From: Pyrodictium abyssi
GTDB lineage: Archaea > Thermoproteota > Thermoprotei_A > Sulfolobales > Pyrodictiaceae
Assembly: GCF_036323395.1 (NCBI RefSeq)
Contig: NZ_AP028907.1
Location: forward strand, 1,980,001-2,012,000
Direction of reading: 5' to 3'
Length of the DNA stretch: 32,000 nt
The notes beneath the pieces were generated by a model that saw only the letters and a program-made list of their open reading frames with translations, was not told the DNA's origin and did no database searches. A program made the position numbers and the translations under genes. Below, one piece after another: positions 8,580 to 14,900 of the stretch. How positions within the stretch are numbered: position 1 is the stretch's first letter; each line of letters starts with the position of its first letter.

Positions 8580-9872
8580 TTGAACCTTGACGAAGCATTA
8601 TCAAGATTCGTCGGCGAGAAGGAGGCAGCTCTCCTAAGACCCTCCGCTAGCCAGATAGGTGCAGCAACAAAGGATTACGGCTATATAGAGGTGTACGTGT
8701 ACCCTTCCCTTGACGCTGTTCTCGCTTCAGCCATAGCGGTGAACGTGTTTACCCGGAACAATGTGGGATTCTCCCTGTACTTTACCCCGCTACCTCCCAG
8801 CGAATTGGATGCTCCATTACTGCTGCTCGGATACCCGTCATCAGTAGCCCACGACATAGCGCCCCGTAAGCCCTCAGCGCTAGTAGGATTCGGCGAGATG
8901 CCACAGGGTCTGCTACCCCTGGCTGTCACGAGCGCAACATCGTCGAGTACTGCTAGCCTGCTTGCCGGCGTGCTGTCGGAGATAACGATAGTAGGCTACC
9001 CGGCGATCTACGGTATTGTAGCAGCCTACTGGCGTGGCCTTGACCTGGGTAAGCGTGGCGAGTTTGTCGGGTTTGAGAACGGCGTTATAGAGATGCTCAA
9101 GCTCGAAAACAAGGTCGAGGAACACTTCAGCCTAAGGCTGTTCAGGTGGCTATTCGAGCCCACGGAGGAGGCCCTACATTTAACACTTGACCCGTATCTG
9201 CCAGGCATAAGCGGTAAGCCGGAGGAGGCTCGCAAGCTGCTTGAGGCTGATGCGAGGCTGGCCCAGCTCCTCGGCAAGACTATGGAGGAGGCTCCAGAGC
9301 AGTCTGTAGCAGTACTCGGCGAGAAACTCTACAGTGTCCTCAAGGAGGCGAGCAGCATACCGCGTAGGCCGTCCGAGCTAATAGGCGTAGTATACTACAG
9401 CCGTGTAGCGCCCCTCAAGGACCTACGCGAGGCAGCCATAGTGCTTGCCGTGTACGGGGAAAAGCAGGGAGTAGCTCCACTATCTTCGCTTGGGCTTGCC
9501 GAGGAGCTAGTGGCGGCAGCGGCATACTATACATACACTAGGCACGTTGACGCCATAGTTGATACCGTGGAGGCTAATGCCGCCAAGAAAAGACCCCCCA
9601 TACAGAGGGCTGGCGGGTTCACGGTAGCAGTCCTAGAGCGCGTCGGTGACGCGCCGCTCCTACCGGTTGAGCGTATACTCCGTAGGCTGGGAGTAGTCAG
9701 AGAGCAGGAGATAGCAGCATACCCTATAGACAAGTCTACCGTGCTAGTCTCAATGGAGAGTCTACTTAGCCAGTACGGTATAGGAGCGGTGAAAGAAGCT
9801 ATCGAAGGCAAGTGTCTACGCTACATAGAGGGTGGTCTCCTTGGAGAGCTTCGTCTCGGGTGTCAGCCGTAG
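8580..9872 (+). CDS. RecJ-like protein, probable archaeal Cdc45 / RecJdbh-type (catalytically inactive DHH fold)
   Basis: The call rests mainly on synteny: the gene directly after rps15 is the conserved slot of the archaeal RecJ/Cdc45 homologue. The 430-aa size fits. I cannot find intact DHH acidic or His motifs (for example YPSLDAVLAS where DxD is expected). The start is TTG. Confidence 0.5.
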   Translation: MNLDEALSRFVGEKEAALLRPSASQIGAATKDYGYIEVYVYPSLDAVLASAIAVNVFTRNNVGFSLYFTPLPPSELDAPLLLLGYPSSVAHDIAPRKPSALVGFGEMPQGLLPLAVTSATSSSTASLLAGVLSEITIVGYPAIYGIVAAYWRGLDLGKRGEFVGFENGVIEMLKLENKVEEHFSLRLFRWLFEPTEEALHLTLDPYLPGISGKPEEARKLLEADARLAQLLGKTMEEAPEQSVAVLGEKLYSVLKEASSIPRRPSELIGVVYYSRVAPLKDLREAAIVLAVYGEKQGVAPLSSLGLAEELVAAAAYYTYTRHVDAIVDTVEANAAKKRPPIQRAGGFTVAVLERVGDAPLLPVERILRRLGVVREQEIAAYPIDKSTVLVSMESLLSQYGIGAVKEAIEGKCLRYIEGGLLGELRLGCQP

Positions 9873-10206
9873 AGTAGCGATAAGTGTCAGCCTACGGGTA
9901 CACGGGGTAGGCAAGGACACGGCAAGAGCACTGGCAGCTGCAGTACGCCCTGATAACAGGACAGCACCAAGCTGGATGAGCATAACTGAGCGTGTAGACG
10001 GAGACGATCTCGTTATAGAAGTTGTAGCGGAGGTTGAGGGCGCAAGGAGAATAGGCTCAATACGCAATACTGTGGACGAGATACTGGAGTATCTCTACTC
10101 CCTTCTCAAAAGCATAGAGGAGACTACTAAGACTTTAAAGCAGCCCGGAGACACGCACGGCGGTACCGGGGCAGTGGGTAATGAGCCGCAGACCCGGCGG
10201 AACTAG
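9832..10206 (+). CDS. pcc1: KEOPS subunit Pcc1-like protein
   Basis: The pattern AISVSLRV...DTARALAAAVRPDN...DDLVIEVVAEVEGARRIGSIRNTVDEILEYL matches the Pcc1 beta-beta-beta-alpha layout seen in Pyrococcus Pcc1 (...LDIKATDSSALRGTVNSYLRWI). The position upstream of rps3ae is conserved. The start is GTG 9832 or TTG 9841. Confidence 0.65.
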   Translation: MVSLESFVSGVSRRVAISVSLRVHGVGKDTARALAAAVRPDNRTAPSWMSITERVDGDDLVIEVVAEVEGARRIGSIRNTVDEILEYLYSLLKSIEETTKTLKQPGDTHGGTGAVGNEPQTRRN

Positions 10207-10828
10207 GGATAAGTGGCGTCTCAAGAAGTGGTACGAGGTAATAGCACCACCAGTATTCGGTAACGTAAGCCTCGGCACGACCCCGGCCGACGACCCGCGC
10301 AAGCTAATCGGCAGAGTAATGGAGACAACACTGTACGACATAACAGGCGACTTCTCGCTCGTGCATGTGCACCTATTCTTCCAGATAACAGACGTGGACG
10401 AGGAGAACCTCAAAGCATTCACAAGATTCAAGGGGCACGAGCTAGCACGCGACTACATGAAGAGCCTTATAAGGAGAAAGAGCAGCAAGGTCCAGGGTAT
10501 ATACAATGTAGTAACCAAGGATGGTTACGGCCTCAGGATAACCGGTGTAGTCCTAACAACCTATAGGTGCAAGACAAGCCAGAAGAGGGCTATAAGGAAG
10601 ATAATGGGCGAGATAATAACTAAGCGCGCTGCTGAGATGACGCTAGACGAGCTCGTAAAGGCTATGCTCTTCGGGCAGCTAGCAAACGAGATATTCGAGG
10701 AAGCGAAGAAGATCTACCCGCTACGTAAGGTAGAGATCTACAAGTCGAAGCTGCTGACAGTGCCAGGTCCAGACGGCAAGCCGCAGCCAGCGGTTGTAGT
10801 GTCCCCACTAATGTTTGAGATACGCTAA
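10181..10828 (+). CDS. rps3ae: 30S ribosomal protein S3Ae (eS1)
   Basis: DKWRLKKWYEVIAPPVFG...GRVMETTLYDITGDFS...FKGHELARDYMKSLIRRKSSK are S3Ae hallmarks. Confidence 0.9.
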   Translation: MSRRPGGTRDKWRLKKWYEVIAPPVFGNVSLGTTPADDPRKLIGRVMETTLYDITGDFSLVHVHLFFQITDVDEENLKAFTRFKGHELARDYMKSLIRRKSSKVQGIYNVVTKDGYGLRITGVVLTTYRCKTSQKRAIRKIMGEIITKRAAEMTLDELVKAMLFGQLANEIFEEAKKIYPLRKVEIYKSKLLTVPGPDGKPQPAVVVSPLMFEIR

Positions 10829-10850
10829 ACACGGTATTCCTAGCTACTCG

Positions 10851-10855
10851 TTTTT
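10851..10855 (+). terminator. oligo-T tract downstream of rps3ae
   Basis: A TTTTT run lies 23 nt after the rps3ae stop. Function is inferred from archaeal oligo-T termination. Confidence 0.4.
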
Positions 10856-11068
10856 ACTGCGCACGCAGCCTGCTCGGCATCTTTCTCCCAGCGGCTATAC
10901 CCCTACAGGTTCTATAGGCGCTTCAGCAGCCTGGCTGACTTGTTTCTCGAACAGCAAGGCCTATGTGTGGCAGCTACTGCGCAGGGGCTGCTGGTATAGC
11001 GTCGCCGGGTAGCCAAGAACATTAGAGGAAAGGAGTACTCCATGCCATAGCGCCTGGAGGGTTGATGC

Positions 11069-12193
11069 TTGGTAGGCCGGGATTGTAGACTATTGCTGGT
11101 CAAGACAGTCCTAGGCATGGAGCGGGTTGCTGCCAGCTATATAGCCGAAATCGACCCCGGTGCCCGTATAGAGCCGCTGCCAAGAGGGTTCAAGGGCCTA
11201 GTACTTGTCGAGGCTTCCAGGGACAAGTACGAGGTAGCCAGAGAGATAGAAGCAAAGGTGCCAGAGGCAGAGAAGGTCATAGTAGCTGAGGCATGCACCG
11301 AAGCAGAGCCGGCTAAAATAGCCGAGGCTGCCGCAGCACTAGCGCCAGAGTTCATCTCGAGCAACGAGACTTTTGCGGTCCGTACAGTGAGGCGTGGACG
11401 GCACAACTTTACAAGCATAGACGTGAACGTGGTGGTCGGCGATGCTGTTAGACGAGCTACCGGTGCCCAGGTGAACCTCCGGTACCCCGACAAGGTAGTA
11501 GCTGTGGAAATCATACAGGACCTAGCGCTCATAGCGTTCTATCCCGGGTCGCGTGAATGGCGCAAAATGAGGCCCGGTAAGTATCCCCTGTACAAGCTCT
11601 TCCGGCGCTTCTCGATAGCCCAGATGCCCTACTTAGGCCCTCTCGATGCCTGCAGAACTATGGGGGTTAGGATAGGCAGAGAGGTGCAGAACTTCGAAGT
11701 AGGAGAACTAGTCGTCTCGCCGATAGGCCTTGTAGATGCGCGCCAGCTCAGCGTGTTCCTAGAAGGGGTGTTCGAGGGTATAGAGTCCCGGTACCAGATA
11801 CAGCGCAAAAGCTATGGCAGGGATGTGCGCCAGGTACCAGTCTATGTGCAAGACCTCTATCAGCTCGTGAGAGGCCGCTACAATGAACCGATAATAGTGT
11901 TCGAGCCCGAGGGAGACCCCGCCTCTAGGCGGGCAAAAGACATACTCGAGATAGTGAAGCGCAGCAGGAGGGTTACACTGCTCTTTGGCTCTAGAGAGGG
12001 GATCCCAGAGGGCATATACCGGTTTGCAGACCTAGTCCTCGACATTGCTCCGGGAATAACGCTGTCCACAGAGTATGCGGCAGCTTCCGCGCTCATAGCG
12101 ATAGGCAGTATAATACACGATATGCTGGCGCTAGACCAGGATAGCGATAGCAATAGCGAGACCAGTAATGAGAGGGATAGCAAGGGAGACTAG
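11069..12193 (+). CDS. THUMP-domain protein fused to a SPOUT-like putative RNA methyltransferase domain
   Basis: The N-terminal half has the THUMP-type layout (LLLVKTVLGMERVAASYI...FAVRTVRRGRHNFTSIDVNVVVGDAV...VNLRYPDKVVAVEI). The C-terminal half ends in a SPOUT-like knot signature (VTLLFGSREGIPEGIYRFADLVLDIAPGITLSTEYAAASALIAIGSI). An acidic/Ser low-complexity tail follows. The start is TTG. Confidence 0.6.
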   Translation: MVGRDCRLLLVKTVLGMERVAASYIAEIDPGARIEPLPRGFKGLVLVEASRDKYEVAREIEAKVPEAEKVIVAEACTEAEPAKIAEAAAALAPEFISSNETFAVRTVRRGRHNFTSIDVNVVVGDAVRRATGAQVNLRYPDKVVAVEIIQDLALIAFYPGSREWRKMRPGKYPLYKLFRRFSIAQMPYLGPLDACRTMGVRIGREVQNFEVGELVVSPIGLVDARQLSVFLEGVFEGIESRYQIQRKSYGRDVRQVPVYVQDLYQLVRGRYNEPIIVFEPEGDPASRRAKDILEIVKRSRRVTLLFGSREGIPEGIYRFADLVLDIAPGITLSTEYAAASALIAIGSIIHDMLALDQDSDSNSETSNERDSKGD

Positions 12194-12273
12194 CGTGTCT
12201 AGTCCTTTCCGCTGGCTTCTAAGAAACATGGCCAGGGGGTGTGTGACATTCGCGCACCAGTGCTAGAAAATGA

Positions 12274-12843
12274 CTAAGCCGGTATACCCTTTGCTTTTAG
12301 CAGTCTAGCTATCTGTTTAGCTAGCAGCGGATCCCTGCGTCCAAGGTCTCTTACAAGCCGCCGGATATTCTGGACCGGGTCTGGCCTCCGTGGCTGCCTT
12401 CTACGCCTCCTAGGTATAGTTGGCTGTGGTGGCTCAATGTACTCGCTTATCTCGTTGAGCACAGCCTCGCGGGCGTCATCGAGCTTTGCAGGCGTCATTG
12501 TGGTAGAGGTCTTCTCTAGTATGGCTTCTACCTCCTCTAGCGGCTTCTCAGACTTCACGACCTCTTCTAGTTCTGACCTAACAGACTTGATAAACTCCAT
12601 ATCCTTGTCCTTCGAAGCCATGTGTATGAACGTGTTGGCTACCAGGCTTGCAAGCATAGTAGCTACACGCCTAGCTTCTCCAAGGCCGGAGTCGACGGGC
12701 TTCAGCGGAGTATACAGAGCGTCAGCAGCCGCTACTAGGGCTCTTGCACAGGCTGCAGGCTCGGAGCTCTCTCCGGTGCACGTGGACTCTACATGGTTGA
12801 TAGCGGCCTCGAATATCGACGCCATTATGTTGCGCCAAGCCAC
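12274..12843 (-). CDS. hypothetical protein, predicted helical, with Arg-rich linker and basic C-terminal helix
   Basis: Codon usage matches the neighbouring genes (ATA, AGG, CTA). The antisense ORF 12437..13000 is Ser-rich and looks spurious. I recognise no family. Confidence 0.55.
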   Translation of the reverse strand: MAWRNIMASIFEAAINHVESTCTGESSEPAACARALVAAADALYTPLKPVDSGLGEARRVATMLASLVANTFIHMASKDKDMEFIKSVRSELEEVVKSEKPLEEVEAILEKTSTTMTPAKLDDAREAVLNEISEYIEPPQPTIPRRRRRQPRRPDPVQNIRRLVRDLGRRDPLLAKQIARLLKAKGIPA

Positions 12844-12871
12844 GCCGCAGCGCCTCCACGCGCCTTGTTCT

Positions 12872-12890
12872 AGCCCCTTCAGAAGGGGTT
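12872..12890. repeat. inverted repeat / hairpin with AGCCCC-GGGG(C/T)T core
   Basis: AGCCCCTT (12872-12879) pairs with AAGGGGTT (12883-12890) across the loop CAG, with one G-T wobble. The element lies in the divergent intergenic region. Confidence 0.5.
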
Positions 12891-13019
12891 ACACGCCGCG
12901 ACTTAGACGACACCAGAGTAGGCCTTATTTGCAGTGCGTTTCTAACCATTACGGTGTACATCTCCTAGGGCTGACCCAGTGCTGGAGTAGTGGCAGATAG
13001 GTAGCGGGGGTGACGGGGC

Positions 13020-13712
13020 TTGATGCGTATACTCATAGTATCCGACATGCATGGTTCTCTGGGAAAGGTTAAGCGCCTTGCAAGCATAAGGAGGGAGCTG
13101 ACAGTAGTGGCAGGCGATATATCCAGGTGCGGGTCCATAGAGGAGGCTAAAGCAGTGCTCGGAGAGCTTGCACGACAGTCCCCCGTAGCATGGATACCAG
13201 GCAACTGTGACAGCCCTGAACTAGTCAGAGTAAGCATAGCCAACGCCGAGTGCATACACATGAAAGTCTACAGATTCAAGGAACTAGTGCTAGCCGGCGT
13301 AGGTGGCTCAATATACACCCCGTTTGGTACCCCATTCGAGTACAGCGAGGAAGAGTACAGCGGGATGCTAGCAGAGCTAAAAGAAGAGATAAAGAAGAAC
13401 AGCAATGGTGGTAAGGTAGTACTGGTATCGCATACACCTCCATACATGAGTGGGCTAGACCGCGTAAGGGGCGGCGCATACGTCGGCAGCCCAAGCCTCC
13501 GCAAGCTCATTGCCGAGGCGCGTCCACTCCTAGTAGCTACCGGGCACATACACGAAGCATGGGGAGTTGCGAGCGTCGAGGGCGTACTAGCCGTAAACCC
13601 TGGCCCGCTCGAAGCCGGGAAATACGCCATAGTAGACATTGATCCAGCCGAGAACATGGTGCGTGTACGTCTCGCAAGGCTCACAGAGAGTCCTGCGGCT
13701 GATGAACTCTAG
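13020..13712 (+). CDS. metallophosphoesterase (calcineurin-like, COG2129 type)
   Basis: The ordered motifs are VSDMHG, AGDIS, PGNCD, VSHTPP and TGHIHE. TTG 13020 is immediately followed by ATG 13023. Confidence 0.85.
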   Translation: MMRILIVSDMHGSLGKVKRLASIRRELTVVAGDISRCGSIEEAKAVLGELARQSPVAWIPGNCDSPELVRVSIANAECIHMKVYRFKELVLAGVGGSIYTPFGTPFEYSEEEYSGMLAELKEEIKKNSNGGKVVLVSHTPPYMSGLDRVRGGAYVGSPSLRKLIAEARPLLVATGHIHEAWGVASVEGVLAVNPGPLEAGKYAIVDIDPAENMVRVRLARLTESPAADEL

Positions 13713-13843
13713 CCGGCGCGGAAAAAGGGGAGGCTCAGCAATCCCGGCCCTCGCTGCTAACGCTCCACATACGAAGGGGGTTCGGCGAAGAGCGCTCACA
13801 TCACAGCCTCCTCTAATGGCCATGGTGGCGGGGAGATAGCAGT

Positions 13844-13852
13844 ATATTAATT
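13844..13852 (+). promoter_or_regulatory. TATA-box-like element upstream of the zinc-ribbon gene
   Basis: TATATTAAT lies about 25 nt upstream of GTG 13872. That is compatible with a leaderless mRNA, or with a short leader to ATG 13893. Confidence 0.45.
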
Positions 13853-13871
13853 CTGGGCTTGGCAGCACGAC

Positions 13872-14138
13872 GTGCCCGGGGGTGCGGGAAGTATGTCGAC
13901 CTCTGGGCTCAAGGGCATAAACGCTGTCGGCCATAAGGGCTGGGTAGAAGTCAAGTGCAGGATATGCGCCAAGAAGCTAGACGTAACCCTAGACATAGTC
14001 TACGTCTGCCAGCACTGCCGCGACCGCTACGACGCATACTTTTGCACAGCGGACGCAAGACGGGTACACTACCGCTGCCCCTTCTGTGGCCGCGAGCTAC
14101 AGCCAATAACGCCGTGGATAGCCCAGAAGCGCCGCTAG
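13872..14138 (+). CDS. small cysteine-rich zinc-ribbon protein, hypothetical
   Basis: The motifs CRIC, CQHC and CPFC plus one further Cys are present. Host-like codon usage supports the frame. I recognise no family. Confidence 0.55.
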   Translation: MPGGAGSMSTSGLKGINAVGHKGWVEVKCRICAKKLDVTLDIVYVCQHCRDRYDAYFCTADARRVHYRCPFCGRELQPITPWIAQKRR

Positions 14139-14295
14139 CACGCGAAACCAGCACCCTGGTAGCCGCCAGGCCCTATTTTACCCGCCTCGTTAGGATGCTC
14201 CGCAGTGTACACATCCTACCCACATAGCTTAGCTGTGGCCATCAGCTACTAGGCCTGGAAGAGGAGGAGACCTAGAGCCCCAGGCACCTGGCTCG

Positions 14296-14808
14296 GTGCG
14301 CGGTGAACAGGAGATGACTGTGCCTCCAGCAGCAGAACAGTCCAAGATAGTAGAAGCCTGGAAGGGCGTTACAGAGTACTGGTACGAGGAGTTTAGAAGA
14401 GCCCTCGTTATCCGTGACACGAACGGCTGTATAGTGATATCACTAGACGTCTATAGTAGGCTTGACGCGCTCCCTCCAGAGTACCGGGTAAAAGACAGGC
14501 TTGAGACAGGCTCGCCAGTTGAAGTCCTCTATGTAGACGCATCAGCCGTAGCTGAGAGGATACATGGCGTGAAGCCAGAGAAGATAGAACTCACGGTAAT
14601 ACACACGGTGGCCGGTGGGGAGGAGCGCTACGAGGTGAGCGATGTAAGAATAACATGCTGCAACTGTAGGAACCTCGCCTACGACGATATATACCGGGTA
14701 TACAGGAGCGTGGTAGAGTTAATCGAGCAGCGTAACCCAGAAGTCAGTCCGTTAACCTCGCCGCAGCCTGTTGAGAAAGTTTACCGTACACGGCTCGCTG
14801 AGCGTTAG
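14296..14808 (+). CDS. hypothetical protein
   Basis: The ORF has host-like codon usage. ATG 14314 is a plausible start, preceded by GGTGA. A CCNC motif occurs near the C-terminus. I recognise no family. Confidence 0.55.
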   Translation: MRGEQEMTVPPAAEQSKIVEAWKGVTEYWYEEFRRALVIRDTNGCIVISLDVYSRLDALPPEYRVKDRLETGSPVEVLYVDASAVAERIHGVKPEKIELTVIHTVAGGEERYEVSDVRITCCNCRNLAYDDIYRVYRSVVELIEQRNPEVSPLTSPQPVEKVYRTRLAER

Positions 14809-14836
14809 ACGGTATATCTGTTCCTCTTGCAGGCCT

Positions 14837-14863
14837 CAGCCCCTAGGGCATTATAAGGGGCTG
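14837..14863. repeat. inverted repeat with AGCCCC-GGGGCT core enclosing the lig TATA box
   Basis: CAGCCCCT (14837-14844) pairs with AGGGGCTG (14856-14863). The loop contains CATTATAA. Confidence 0.6.
14849..14856 (+). promoter_or_regulatory. TATA box of the DNA ligase gene
   Basis: CATTATAA lies about 45-50 nt upstream of ATG 14901. Confidence 0.45.
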
Positions 14864-14900
14864 TATAGCCTCCTAACCACTAGGTAAGGGACTACAAGTT

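Noticed and set aside
12136-12183. A hexamer-like periodicity (GATAGC GATAGC AATAGC ...) at the 3' end of the THUMP-SPOUT gene
   Set aside because: It simply encodes the low-complexity acidic/Ser tail DSDSNSETSNERDS. It is not a DNA-level repeat element.
12437-13000. A 187-aa plus-strand ORF
   Set aside because: It is the mirror frame of the minus-strand gene 12274..12843. It is extremely Ser/Thr/Ala-rich and runs through the divergent promoter region.
13689-13695. A canonical C-box-like CTGATGA
   Set aside because: It lies in the last codons of the metallophosphoesterase gene, and no CUGA D box follows within 80 nt.
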